From the NCBI RefSeq assembly GCF_009914755.1, contig NC_060935.1: a stretch of DNA of 64,000 nt; one strand, written 5' to 3'. This DNA is from the human T2T-CHM13v2.0 reference genome, Homo sapiens. The position numbers and the translations under genes were made by a program. Below the pieces are notes generated by a model. The model ran no database searches. It saw only the letters and a program-made list of their open reading frames with translations, and was not told the origin of the DNA. Below, in pieces: positions 32,864-49,193 of the stretch. How positions within the stretch are numbered: position 1 is the first letter of the stretch; every line of letters begins with the position of its first letter.

Positions 32864-33358
32864 CTAATAGAATGCAGATATTAATATAATTCAAGATAAA
32901 TTATACTGAAAGGTAAATTTGAGTCTGCTATTCCTTCATAATTGAGACTGACTGTGGAGTATTCTACCCCTTACATGAAATGATTAATGGACTATTCGTA
33001 CCCCTAGCTTTTGTAATGATTTTTTAAGTTAAAAAATCTTTTAATAATTAAGTTTAATTTTAAACAGTTAAAGATTGGGAATGAATCTTTACAGCCCTCT
33101 CATTCTATCTTTACACCAAAATAATGACCAATACTGTCTGTTAAATTTTTTAACCTATGCTTCTGTCATCTATTTAAAAATGTAGAGTATTAAGGCTAGT
33201 TCTTGTGCTTTACTTGAATGGAAATTCATTAAAAACACTGTGCTCCACAAATATAAACTGAATAAATGTCAGCATTCATAAACTGTTCTGTGCTCTACTT
33301 TGAACTGTAGTGTGGTTTCTTTTTAACCATTTACCAAATAGTAAAGAACATGGCTGTA

Positions 33359-33652
33359 GGTCAGGCATGGCTTACACCTGTAATCCCAGCACTTTGGGTG
33401 ACTGCAGTAGGAGAATCACTTGAGGCCTGGCGTTCAAGACCATCCTGGGCAATATAGAAAGACCCCATCTCTAAAAAGAAAAAAAAAATTAAAGACTAGC
33501 TATAGTGGAATGCATCTGTAGTTCCAGCTACCCAGGAGGCTGAGGCATGGAGGATTGTCTGAGCCCAGCAGTTTGAGGCTGCAGTGAGCTATTATTCAGT
33601 CACTGCAGCCTGGGCAGCAGAGCAAGACCTTGTCTATATTAAATAAATAAAT
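33359..33652 (+). mobile_element. AluJ
   Basis: Diverged dimer with gaggattg..tgagccc and gaggctgcagtgagctat J diagnostics. Confidence 0.88.
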
Positions 33653-34474
33653 GCAGTGACTGTAGTAGACAGCAGAAGTCTCTGTCTTAAAAATAGGTGA
33701 AAGCCATGTCCCCTAATTAGAATAGTATATCATTAACATGGCATTTTTACCACCTGACCCCGTTAAGCTGTGCCATAGATATGCACAATCCATTGTGAAC
33801 CAATGTCACAAGTGTGCCATGTATTGTGTATGCCTCATTGTCCGCTTGTCTCTATTTGACTTTGGTGTATACCCTGTAGAACAAAAGGGCTGATGTACAT
33901 GAATGTGTACATTGAATATGTACAAGAATAATGACTTCATAGAGAAATATTTTCTCTCTTTCTAGCTAGAAGTTTACTTAATGTCTTTTTCAGTTTACTT
34001 ACTTATAAAACACAAAAGATAAAGCATACTTCTTAGGCTTCTGTGAAAATTAAATGATATATCAGATAAAATCCTGTAACCATGTTAAAGCTCAATGTTA
34101 AAGCTCAATTAATCATACCTATATAGTGATAGAATCTAAGAATCAGGGATGGATCTAGAGCTGGAAGACCACATTTCCCAAATACAATTTTTTCGTGAAT
34201 TAAGGTCTAAATAGATATTAAATAACTGCCATAAGTCTCCCATAATGTCATAGGGCTGGGTCTAGAATGTCCATCTTAGTACCATTGCTCCCCTACACTT
34301 TCCACTGCACAGTCTATAGGTGCTAGCTTTACTTAAAACTCTAGCAGCTGCTAGCATCAAATATTATGTGTGTCTAACTTCTTAACAGAAGAATGGAGAT
34401 TTTACTTTCTCCTGGTACTTGATAGAATTCATAGGGTCAACCATGAGCACATGAACTTCTATATCACACGAAAC

Positions 34475-35325
34475 TATTGCTACGGAATAAAAGATGAAAT
34501 GCTCCTGATTATTGTAAATACAAAGTTGCATGTGGGATTGTGTAAAGACAATGCCAGGTTGGACTGCCAGAATGAGCCAACAGCGCATGATGTGCTTCCC
34601 CCTGCAGAGAGCCTATGAGTGGACGTGCAGTCAGGGAGGTTTCACATCACCAAGATTCCTGTCCCAGAAAAGCAGATGTTCATACATCTGGGAATGGAAT
34701 GCGACCCTTGTGGAGAGCCTATAAACGGATGCATGAGGGGCGCCTGTCCATACAGATAAGATAGGGCTATAAATGCCCTCATCTTGCCACAGCTCTTCTA
34801 GGCCTCTTTAGGGTTAAGGTATACTCCCTTCTGAGAATTTCTGGTCTAACCAGTTGTCTAGCTTCACGTCCTGTTTCTATGGATTTTTTGTAACCAGCTT
34901 TTGCTGCAACTGTTACTGCTGATTAATATCTTGCTAATCATAGGTTATGGAAAGACTGTTTCTGTTTTAAGGCTCTGTTAGAAATTACTGATGCACATGT
35001 TATATTGTAAATTCTTATCTCTGTATACTGTACTTCTACATACAGGTGTTATGTGAAAGAATTACTTCATCCCCATATGACCATCTCACCTCATGATCAA
35101 ATGATCCTAAATCCCTCACTAACCTACCCCTGCCCTCACTAAACTTAATAACAAATGCTGGTATATCCAGTGCATTGGTGGCACCACGGGACCAGAAGGT
35201 GGTGACCCCCCTGGACCCAGCTTTCACTGTCTTGTGTGTGTCTATTATTTCTCAACCTGCCGATCCACATAGGAACAAGGAGAGAGCCCTGTTGCATTGT
35301 GGGCTGCTGGCCAGATCCCACAATA
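34475..35325 (+). mobile_element. Solo ERV LTR of HERV-K(HML)-like type, probably MER11D; 5' boundary uncertain
   Basis: Segment with two tataaa motifs, a variant polyA signal (aataacaaa) and an HML-like U5 (cccccctggacccagctttcactgtcttgtgtgtgtctattatttctc), ending gatcccacaata. Confidence 0.6.
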
Positions 35326-37834
35326 AAAGTTCTAATGCACCTAACCATATACTCTATTCAACTTGAAACAATGTTTCAGGAACCCAGGGGCTGCAGGTGA
35401 GAGATATAACTTTACTTTTATATATTTGGCCCATGAAGATTCTGAGAAGGCAGTCATTCTGAGAGTATCACTATGACAGTATCATTAGATACAGCAAATT
35501 AGGTTATCTGAGTGTTCTAGTGCTTTTTTTGCTGTAGTATTTAGTTATATTAATGTGGATTTTGTTCTATTACATTAAAGAATTATAGTTTATTTCACTA
35601 TGGAATATTTAAATATTATTATCAATTTCAATCCTATTCTTCAATCCTAGCCAAAACAGGAGGTGATTCAAAAAAGACAGTTATAAATTTAAAAAGCCTT
35701 GAAATGTTCTAGAGACAAAAAGTGGTATCTTCTTACATATATTTGTGAATGTAATTAGCAAAAAATAATGATATATATATATATAAAATAAAAGTTTGAG
35801 GAGTATTAAGAAAGTACTAACTGTCAATGTTTTCTGGCCAGAATTTTATACCAGTGCACCAAAACATAATTCTTGTATGACTTTGTTATGACTTTGTTAT
35901 GCAATCGTTGATGATATTTATTTGCCTCATAATGTCGTTTTTAAACACTCAATCTGTTTTCTTATTGCTGCCCACATTTGGGGGAAAGAAATTCACAAGT
36001 AACTTTGCCAAAAAGGAATTTTGTAATGTTATTCCTACATAGTCTTTGAGTATAAAAATAGGTATAATCAGTATAAAAGAATGTCATTTTTCCAGTCTAA
36101 TCTACAAATAAGAATTTTTAATGAATGAAGATTTTGGTAGATTTCCAGCTTCAGTTCCATTATTTTAATAGAAGAATACAATTCTTAAAATTTTACCTAG
36201 TTTTTTGTTTTAATAAAATGTCTATTAATTTGCAACATTATAAAAGACTATATACTTTTATAAAACTCTGTGCTGATGAAAACAAGTTGAAAATTAAATA
36301 GGGAGGTAATATGGTCACAAACTTTGTGGTATTTCTGTAAGAAAGACTCTTTTTCTATGTAATTTTTAATTTAACATCTCCACTTTTGACAGAATATAGA
36401 CAGTTTTTAAAGTAATAAAATGTAATGAGCCCAGACGTGCAGACTACAGTGTTCCAAACTATAAACGTCAAATTAGGGAGAAGCACGGGAAACTAATCAG
36501 CTTTTCTGGAAGAACCTGGAAAACTACAATAAGAGGTGAGAGTGAGGCAGGAAATAAAACAGAGTAAAATAAGGGAGATTGTTTAAAAACATTTTATTGT
36601 TCAGAGGTACATCCATATGTAGAATTACATTGCGTCTGAACTAATAAACTCAATTATAAAGGTTTCTGGCCTTGACTTTTCATCTTTACAAGTATCTCAC
36701 TGTTATTTGTGACCCCTTTCAGTCTGCACCCATGTCTATGTATTCTTAATCCATGATGTCTAATTTCTCCCTTTTCACTAGGAGCCCTGTCTTCACCTCT
36801 TACCCTTCATGAACTACAGTACATGGTCCATCGCTTATTCTCTCCAACATCTTTAACTCTCTTGCTACAATGCTCTTTTATTACATTCACTCTTTAAATC
36901 CTCACTAAATATTTCATTGTCTATATGCCTCTACTCAAGGTGCTTAGCACTACTGAAGAAAGCACACAATGCTACAGAATGGTCTCACTATAATTGTATT
37001 TTCCCTAGCCTTACTTAGGCCCTCAGTGCTGCACACCAGTCTTCTCTGTCTTCATTGTGGCTAATTGCGACACTCACCTTCACCTCCTGCTCCCACAGGC
37101 AAGGTCAGATGCTACTTTCCAGAGATAATTGAAAGTCTCGGACAAAAGATTGTTTCACTTGCTAACTTCAGATCTATAAACTTTCCACCCTCCATACACA
37201 TCCTTCTTTCCTCAACTCATTTTTAGAAGAAAAAAAAAGACATTTCTATCTCTAATGCAAATCCACCTTCATTCTGTATCTTACTTCCTGCTTTTTAGAG
37301 ACTGTACTCTCTTACTGTTAACCATTCAAGTAATTCCAGCCACTCCTCTCTACTGGCTCTTTCTCATTTGCATCTGTACATCACATTTCTCAAATCTCAG
37401 CAGAGCTCACTCTCAAGTTTTTAACTTCTGTATACCTCATGTGTAAGCTGGATGAAATGGTAATTCCTGCTTCATAGACTTGTTATAAAAATTAATTCCA
37501 TGGATTATAAATACCAAACACTTTAAAAGGGGGTCTGGCCCATGGTAGAAGTCCAATTAATACTCTCCATTGTTATTATCTAACTGTGTAAGCCACAAAC
37601 CAAGAAACTAAAGTTGCTATCTCCTTTTTCATCATTGATATTCTATCCAGTATCAAGTCTTGTTAGTTCTATATCTTAAATATCTTAAACATCTACTTAG
37701 TACAACCCCATTAATTTAACTAGACCAGAGTAATCATTTACATGATTTCTTCCTCAGCCTTTTACTTCGTATTCCTACCTCTAACCTTGCTTATTTTCAG
37801 TGCATTATTCTTGCTGCATACAGAGTGTCCTAAA

Positions 37835-38046
37835 CCAAAGTCTTACAAACTGTGCACCATGGACTGGTCACCTGTTTTCACGAAACAGGTTTAACTGGAG
37901 CACAGCCATGTCCATTTACTTGTGTATTATTGGTGGTTGCTTTCACTCTACAATGGCAGCCTTAGGTACTTGCAATAGAGACTATCTGGTCCACAAGCTT
38001 ATATGTTTAGTGTGTCTTTCTTTAAGAAAAAGTTTGATGACCCCTG
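37835..38046. mobile_element. MER58-like hAT-Charlie element
   Basis: gagcacagccatgtccatttacttgtgtatt...gctttcactctacaatggcag...aaaaagtttgatgacccctg. Confidence 0.7.
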
Positions 38047-39053
38047 TCATAAACTCAAATATGAACATCATTCACCTGCTTAAAACACTTCAACGTTTTC
38101 AGTAACTTTCAGGATATGTCCAGGTTGATTTTTGTAGTACTTCATAACTTACCCTTGTCTTCCTCTTCAGCCTCATCACTAAATAGTGCTAGTGAAGCAA
38201 CAACCATACAAAACTTCTTTCTGTATCTTTTTTTTTAAATTTTATTATTATACTTTAAGTTTTAGGGTACATGTGCGCAACGTGCAGGTTTGTTACATAT
38301 GGATCCATGTGCCATGTTGGTGTGCTGCACCCATTAACTCGTCATTTAGCATGAGGTATACCTCCTAATGCTATCCCTCCCCACTCCTCCCACCCCACAA
38401 CAGTCCCCGATGTGTGATGTTCCCCTTCCTGTGTCCATGTGTTCCATTGTTCAATTCCCACCTATGAGTGAGAACATGTGGTGTTTGGGTTTTTGTCCTT
38501 GTGATAGTTTACTGAGAATGATGATTTCCAATTTCATCCATGTCCCTACAAAGGACATGAACTCATCATTTTTTTATGGCTGCATAGTATTCCATGGTGT
38601 ATATGTGCCACATTTTCTTAATCCAGTCTATCATTGTTGGACATTTGGGTTGGTTCCAAGTCTTTGCTATTGTGAATAGTGCCGCAATAAACATACGTGT
38701 GCATGTGTCTTTATAGCAGCATGATTTATAGTCCTTTGGGTATATACCCAGTAATGGGATGGCTGGGTCAAATGGTATTTCTAGTTCTGGATCCCTGAGG
38801 AATCGCCACACTGACTTCCACAATGGTTGAACTAGTTTACAGTCCCACCAACAGTGTAAAAGTGTTCCTATTTCTCCACATCCTCTCCAGCACCTGTTGT
38901 TTCCTGACTTTTTAATGATCGCCATTCTAACTGGTGTGAGATGGTATCTCATTGTGGTTTTGATTTGCATTTCTCTGATGGCCAGTGATGATGAGCATTT
39001 TTTCATGTGTTTTTTGGCTGCATAAATGTCTTCTTTTGAGAAGTGTCTGTTCA

Positions 39054-41248
<2,195 letters not shown>

Positions 41249-43353
41249 TTAGTTATATCTTGCCTTCTGCTAGCTTTTGAATGTGTTTGCTCTTGCTTTT
41301 CTAGTTCTTTTAATTGTGATGTTAGGGTGTCAATTTTAGATCTTTCCTGCTTTCTTTTGTGGGCATTTAGTGCTATAAATTTCCCTCTACACACTACTTT
41401 GAATGTGTCCCAGAGATTCTGGTATGTTGTGTCTTTGTTCTCGTTGGTTTCAAAGAACATCTTTATTTCTGCCTTCATTTCGTTATGTACCCAGTAGTCA
41501 TTCAGGAGCAGGTTGTTCAGTTTCCATGTAGTTGAGCGGTTTTGAGTGAGTTTCTTAATCCTGAGTTCTAGTTTGATTGCACTATGGTCTGAGAGACAGT
41601 TTGTTATGATTTCTGTTCTTTTACATTTGCTGAGGAGTGCTTTACTTCCAACTATGTGGTCAATTTTGGAATAGGTGTGGTGTGGTGTTGAAAAGAATGT
41701 ATATTCTGTTGATTTGGGGTGGAGAGTTCTGTAAATGTCTGTTAGATCTGCTTGGTGCAGAGCTGAGTTCAATTGCTGGGTATCCTTGTTAACTTTCTGT
41801 CTTGTTGATCTGTCTAATGTTGACAGTGAGGTGTTAAAATCTCCCATTATTATTGTGTGGGAGTCTAAGTCTCTTTGTAGGTCACTAAGCACTTGCTTTA
41901 TGAATCTGGGTGCTCCTGTATTGGGTGCATATATATTTAGGATAGTTAGCTCTTCTTGTTGAATTGATCCCTTTACCATTATGTAATGGCCTTCTTTGTC
42001 TCTTTTGATCTTTGTTGGTTTAAAGTCTGTTTTATCAGAGACTAGGATTGCAACCCCTGCCTTTTTTTGTTTTCCATTTGCTTGATACATCTTCCTCTAT
42101 CCCTTTATTTTGAGCCTGTGTATGTGTCTGCACGTGAGGTGGGTTTCCTGAATACAGCACACTGATGGGTCTTGACTCTTTATCCAATTTGCCAGTCTGT
42201 GTCTTTTAATTGGAGCATTTAGCCCATTTACATTTAAGGTTAATATTGTTATGTGTGAATTTGATCCTGTCATTATGGTGTTAGCTGGTTATTTTGCTCA
42301 TTAGTTGATGCAGTTTCTTCCTAGCCTTGATGGTCTTTACAACTTGGCATGTTTTTGCAGTGGCTGGTTCCGGTTGTTCCTTTCCATGTTTAGTGCTTCC
42401 TTCAGTAGCTCTTTTAGGGCAGGCCTGGTAGTGACAAAATCTCTCCACATTTGCTTGTCTGTAAAGTATTTTATTTCTCCTTTACTTATGAAGCTTAATT
42501 TGGCTGGATATGAAATTCTAGGTTGAAAATTCTTTTCTTTAAGAATGTTGAATATTGGCCCCCACTCTCTTCTGGCTTGTAGAGTTTCTGCCCAGAGATC
42601 AGCTGTTTGTCTGATGGGCTTCCCTTTGTGGGTAACCCGACCTTTCTCTCTGGTTGCCCTTAACATTTTTTCCTTCATTTCAACTTTGGTGAATCTGACA
42701 AATATGTGTCTTGGAGTTGCTCTTCTCGAGGAGTATCTTTATGGCATTCTCTGTATTTCCTGAATTTGAATGTTGGCCTGCCTTGCTAGATTGGGGAAGT
42801 TCTCCTGGGTAGTATCCTGCAGAGTGTTTTCCACCTTGGTTCCATTCTCCCCGTCACTTTCAGGTACACTAATCAGACATAGATTTGGTCTTTTCACATA
42901 GTCCCATATTTCTTGGAGGCTTTGTTTGTTTCTTTTTGTTCTTTTTTCTCTAAACTTGTCTTCTTGCTTCATTTCATTCATTTTGTCTTCCATCACTGAT
43001 ACCCTTTCTTCCAGTTGATGGCATTGGCTACTGAGGCTTCTGCATTCGTCACGTAGCTCTCATGCCTTGGTTTTCAGCTCCATCAGGTCCTTTAAGGACT
43101 TCTCTGCATTGGTTATCCTGGTTATCCATTCATCTAACTTTTTTTCAAAGCTTTCAACTTCTTTGCCATTGGTTCGAATTTCCTCCTGTAGCTCGGAGTA
43201 GTTTGATTGTCTGAAGCCGTCTTCTCTCAACTCGTCAAAGTCATTCTCCATCCAGCTTTGTTCTGTTGCTGGTGAGGAGCTGCATTCCTTTGGAGGAGGA
43301 GAGGCACTCTGATTTTTAGAGTTTCTGGTTTTTCTGCTCTTTTTTTTTCCCAT

Positions 43354-44387
43354 CTTTGTGGTTTTATCTACCTTTGGTCTTTGATGATGGTGACGTACAG
43401 ATGGGTTTTTGGTGTGGATGTCCTTTCTGTTTGTTAGTTTTCCTTCTAACAGACAGGACCTTCAGCTGCAGGTCTGTTGGAGTTTGCTAGAGGTCCACTC
43501 CAGACCCTGTTTGCCTGGGTATCAGCAGTGATGGCTGCAGAACAGCAGATATTGGAGAACTGCAGATGCTGCTGCCTGATCGTTCCTCTGGAAGTTTTGT
43601 CTCAGAAGAGTACCTGGCCGTATGAGGTGTCAGTCCGCCCCTACTTGGGGGTGCCTCCCAGTTAGGCTACTCGGGGGTCATGGACCCACTTGAGGAGGCA
43701 TTCTTCCCATTCTCAGATCTCAAGCTGCGTGCTGGGAGAAGCACTGCTCTCTTCAAAGCTGTCAGAGAAGTACATTTAAGTCTGCAGAGGTTACTGCTGT
43801 CTTTTTGTTTGTCTGTGCCCTGCCCCCAGAGGTGGAGCCTACAGAGGCAGGCAGGCCTCCTTGAGCTGTGGTGGGCTCCACCCAGTTGGAGCTTCCTGGC
43901 CGCTTTGTTTACCTAATCAAACAACTAACTCATCAATGGTGGGCGCCCCTCCCCCAGCCTCACTGCCGCCTTGCAGTTTGATCTTGGACTGCTGTGCTAG
44001 CAATGAGCGAGACTCTGTGGGCGTAGGACCCTCCTAGCCAAGTGCGGGATATAATCTCCTGGTGTGCCATTTTTTTAAGCCCATTGGAAAAGCGCAGTTT
44101 TAGGGTGGGAGTGATCCAATTTTCCAGGTGCCGTCTGTCACCCCTTTCTTTGACTAGGAAAGGGAATTCCCTGACCCCTTGTGCTTCCCGAGTGAGGTGA
44201 TTCCTCGCCCTGCTTTGGCTCATGCACGGTGCACTGCACCCACTGTCCTGCACCTACTCTCTGGCACTCCCCAGTGAGATGAACCCGGTACCTCAGTTGG
44301 AAATGCAGAAATCACCCATCTTCTGCGTCACTCACACTAGGAGCTGTAGACTGGAGCTGTTCCTATTCGGCCATCTTGGCTCCTCCC
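43354..44387 (-). promoter_or_regulatory. L1 5'UTR: internal sense promoter (YY1 site at about 44369-44378) and antisense promoter firing on +
   Basis: Intact ggccatcttg (YY1 site) and complete 5'UTR; promoter activity inferred from the family, not shown here. Confidence 0.7.
43936..44037 (+). pseudogene. L1 ORF0, truncated by TAG after 33 codons
   Basis: MVGAPPPASLPPCSLILDCCASNERDSVGVGPS* matches the ORF0 N-terminus (MAGAPPPASLPPCSLISDCCASNQRDSVGVGPSEPG...). Confidence 0.85.
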
Positions 44388-47152
44388 TTTTCAGTATCTT
44401 AAATACACTCTTTTTCTCTCACAGCTCCAGGAGTTAGCATAGACTACTGACTCTTCCTAGAATATTTTTTATCTCTCTTCCTTGTCTAAATAACTCCTAC
44501 CAATTATGCAAGTCTGAACAAAAACATTTCCTGACTCTTGCCACACTAGATTGGCTGTGCCTATGTCCATACTTCCTCTAAATCATGTCCAATATTCTTT
44601 AAGTCATTACTTAAGTCATTCTATGAATTCCACCTCTATCACTCTCCCCATTGTCAACTCCAGGTCTACGACAAAGTCTAGAACATAGTAAGTACCTTAT
44701 ATATAATTGCTGAGTGAACAAATGAATATACATGGCGTTATTTCAGAAATTTCTCTTGGCTACTTTCAAACTTACTCTTGTTCCTTGGCAAGGCTGCTTT
44801 GGCATGTGATTCTCCTGGGTCCTCCCCATTTTGCTGGATACAAGGATTTTCTCTGGTTTGGAAGATAAGAAACACCTAGGCAAAAATGATATGTGAGAAA
44901 GGAAGGCAGCCAATTGCCTATAGTTGGGACATAGGCTGACCTCAGCATTTATTGCTTTCAGTGCTAAATAACTTATTTTTAATGAAAGAAAAGATTATAA
45001 TTGTTTTAAAAAACAATGGTAAAAACATAAAGGCCATATCAGATCATAATGTCACAGAGACTGTCAAGCTTCTTTACCTAAATTAGATTCTTTGCCTAAG
45101 ATAATTAAAAGTGATGCTATATATTCTGAACCACATGAAGTCCTAAGCAGAACTAATACCAGGGGAAGGCCCTGAGTTAATACATAATCACACGTTCTGA
45201 GTCAAGAATCAGAAAGGAGAGAGATCTAAAGCTTATATTCAAGTTAGATGCAGTTAATTTATTATCCCTGAAGGCCAATTATTCTAATCATTTGGAGACT
45301 GCGACAATGTGGTCCCCTGCCTCAAGGGAGAGATTCATATACTCTCCTCTCAAGAAGTGCCCAAGCTTTGCACTCACTGCCCCTGAAGGTTTCCAGACTT
45401 TTTCAAAGAAAAATTTTGCCTTCAAAAGTTTTTGTGTATTATGTAGATAGTAGCAATCACCCACATTAGTGGTTTAGTTTTGTTCTCTCTCTTTTTTTTT
45501 TTGAGATACAGAATCATAAAAGGAAAAAAAAAGCCTTTGTCTCAATAGCTTTTCTTATGATAGCTTTTTATGTGCTTTCTTAGAGAAAAGTTATAAAACT
45601 TGGTTCTTTCAGCTTCTATCAAAGATATACAGTGTTTCCTTTTTTTTGTGCAAGTCACAAAGGAGCCATAACTGTATATATTTTCACATCAGATGTAAAA
45701 TTCATATCTCACTTGTGACTTATGCAAGGAAAATAGGAAGCTCCATTAGACAGACCTACAATTTGTCTGTGAATAGTGATTTGCAGTTGGGGAGTACTTT
45801 CTTTTGAAATCATTAAATCTTCACAGCTAAGTATTCCTTCTGCCTTGACAGATTCTACACATTACCTCATCATATGTATAAAAATGATCTTTAAAAAATA
45901 CCTTTAATGACTTCAACAATGGCCAAAGTTCATCCAACACTTTCCATACTTTCAAGAACTACATTTGGAGGCACTTTTTATCCTGTCACTTTGATGGTGC
46001 ATAACAAAAAGCTTGTGTCAGAATTTCAGTGTGGCTTCACATAGTCTTCTCCTGTTATTAAGAGATATTTTTGAGCCAAATGAATAGCATCATCCTCGGT
46101 ATGATATTAGCTTTAAAAAACCTCCTATATCTTCAAGTTGCATTGCTTATTGTAGATGAAAATCAAATGTGTAGTTGAACAGATATAATTTCAACAGAAC
46201 TAAAATAGGAGAAAAACAGAACTGTGCTCTTCCTTTCCATCAAAACTGACATCTCCATTCATTCTTCTAGTGTAGCTAAAATCAGTCCTTTGTTTGTGCT
46301 TGTGAGCAATAACTCTACTCTCAGGTTATTATTATAGAGAAATTTGTTTTGGATAATACCATAATTTTAAGCAAATTAAAATCTTACTATGCTCTCAAAT
46401 ATTTTTTAAATCTTAAACACTTACAAAAAGAAAATGAATGAATCATTCTTGATTTCAAATCAGCCATTTGAAAACAGCAAAATTATTTCATTTTCCCTAA
46501 GTTGTTATGTACTATATAAATGCATATGGCATATTCATAATGTCAGTAAAACCTTGGCACTGCCAGCAGGCTCAAGAACACTATTTCATTTAACAATAGC
46601 TTATGTTTGGAAGTCTTTCCAAACAAGTTTATAGCCACTCTATCAATTTTTACAAATAATTTTATATTCCAAAGCTCCAAATAACTTGGAGGCAAAAAAT
46701 TTAGGAGACTTAAGGACATAGGAAAGGAAAATTTAAATAAACAGCATTAAACTTTCATAATTTGAAGATATTTTTGTTTTTGAAGGGAAAACCTGCACTT
46801 TCCATAAACTTGCAGTTGCTTTCTTATGCCCATCCTGCATGCTTTAGCATACCAAACTATGTAAAGTTCCACTCATTTGCCTTGCTATCTCATACTGTTC
46901 TGTGTGTTCATGTACATGGATTTTCCTGCCAGGAACATTTTTTGCCTCCTGCAAAAATTGCCTTCATCCTTCAAGCTCACCTCACATGTCATCTTTTCTG
47001 GGCTACATTCCCTCACCTTCCTGTCTAACATAAATAGTCTTCTTGACTATGTTCTCTTAATACTGTCTCCTTCTGTATTTGGATCATTTGATTCAGTTTG
47101 TTGTATTTCTAATTAGGTCATAAATTCCTTGAGTTATTACAGCATTCACTTT

Positions 47153-48062
47153 GTTTTTTATTTTTATATAAATTCAAGGGGTACAAGTGCAGTTTTGTTA
47201 CATGTATATATTGTGTAGTGGTGAAGTGTGTTTAGTGTAACCATCACCTGAATAATGTACATTGTGCCCGTTAAGTAATTTCTTATCCCTCACCTTTCTC
47301 ACCCCCTCCCACCCTCCCACTCTTCCCAGTCTCTGGTGTCTATTATTCCACAGTGTATATATACACACACACACACACACGTATAGACTTACATGTACAT
47401 GTGTATGTACACACATATATATTACATATCATGTATATATATATACGTGATATGTATATATAACATTTTCTTTAATTTCCAGTCAGTCATTAATGGATAC
47501 TCAGGTTGATTCCATATCTTTGTTATTGTCAACAGTCCCGTGATAAACATATGAGTGCAGGTATATTTTTAATATAGTAATTTATTTTCCTGTAGGTAGA
47601 TACCCAGCAATGAAATTGCTGAATTGAATGGTAGTTCTTTCTATGTTTAGTTATTTGAGAAAACTCCAAACTGTTTTCGATAGAGAATGTGCTAATTTAC
47701 ATTTCTACCAACTGTGTATAAGCATTCCCTTTTCTCTGCAACTTTGCTAACATCTTTTTTTTTTCTTTTTAATAGCCATTTTGACTATAGTAAGATAATA
47801 TACAATTGTGGTTTTAATTTGCATTGATCTGATGCCTAGTGATGCTGACTAATCTTTCATATGCTTTTGGCCATTTTTGTGTCTTTTTTTTTGAAAAATG
47901 TCTATGCATATTCTTCACTCACTTTTTGTTATTTTGGAATTTTTTGTTGTTTTTGACTTACTTAAGTTCATTGTATATTCTGGATATCAGCCCTCTGTCA
48001 GATGCATAGTTTGCAAATATTTTATCCCATTTTTCAGGTTGTCTGTTCACGCTGTTGATTAT
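47153..48062 (-). mobile_element. L1MA1-3-type 3' fragment containing a (CA)/(TA) microsatellite at 47354-47462
   Basis: ggggtacaagtgcagttttgttacatg 3' end; continues into the ORF2 C-terminal antisense sequence. Confidence 0.85.
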
Positions 48063-49193
48063 TTCATTTCGTTGATCTTCATTTTTAATACAGGTCCAGA
48101 GACCTGTATTATACTATACTGAGAACTCAGAAAAGTTATACTGAGGAGTTAATAAACATAGTGAGACTGCTCACCCTGACAATTGACTACATAATCTCTC
48201 GCATTACTGAAATCCTCAGGGTTTTTGTTTTTGTTTTCTTACTATTAGGTCTCCTTTTTTCTCAGGCCATCAAAATGCAGTTTTCTCTCCTACTGCAAGA
48301 AGTCTTTTAACATGCCACCTGTAATCTCACATCGTGTATCTACTTACCCCTAACCCAAAGCCTTGTCTTCCATATTACTTTTTTTTTTCTATTCATTCTC
48401 GATTCCTTTCTCTAGGTGATTGTACAAGAAGATGTAAAGAAATTAAGACTTTATTCCAGCCAAGTAAATAAAGTAGCTTAAAATGGTTAGGCAGAAGCCA
48501 GGAAGTCAATGGATATACCACAGAAAATTAAGACATTAAGAATTTAGGTAAATGGACAATAGTAATTTTAACTTTAGTCACCATGGTTTAAGGTTGTGTG
48601 TTTCTAGGTAAATAATTAGGGGCCAACTATAATTACGCATTGTGGGCTCCAAAACACAAACTAAGGTAGAAATGATCCAAAGATTAGAGATAGAAGAAAA
48701 AAAGGGCCAAGTCAGTAATTTTGTCTTTTACCATGGAGAAAATATAAAAATCTAGATTTAAGAAAGTAATATCAAGAAGTAGTTATCCTCATATGAAAGA
48801 ATTAATTTTTCTTTTCAGTGGGACTTGTCTAATGCTTTAACTATTTTTGCATAAACAACTGGCAAAAATATAAGGCTGACAAAAAGAAGTCATTTTCTCT
48901 CCAAAATGAGACTGGAAACCAGTGGTCGGTGGGAAAACACATACTGACTACCTAAATTCTTTTAGATGTACATTTATTATTAAAAAAAAAAAAAGAGTTC
49001 TGCTAGAAATCTACTAGAGATGCCATCACACAAACAAATGGTAATTATAAAGTCTGATGATGACAAAATGAATTTTAAAAGAAATTTAAATGTTAAAATA
49101 AGATTTATTCGCCCACCAAAATTGATAATTGAAAAAGGATGACAGTTATCTCTGAGAACACCTGAGCAATGAAGAAAGACATCAAACACTTTT

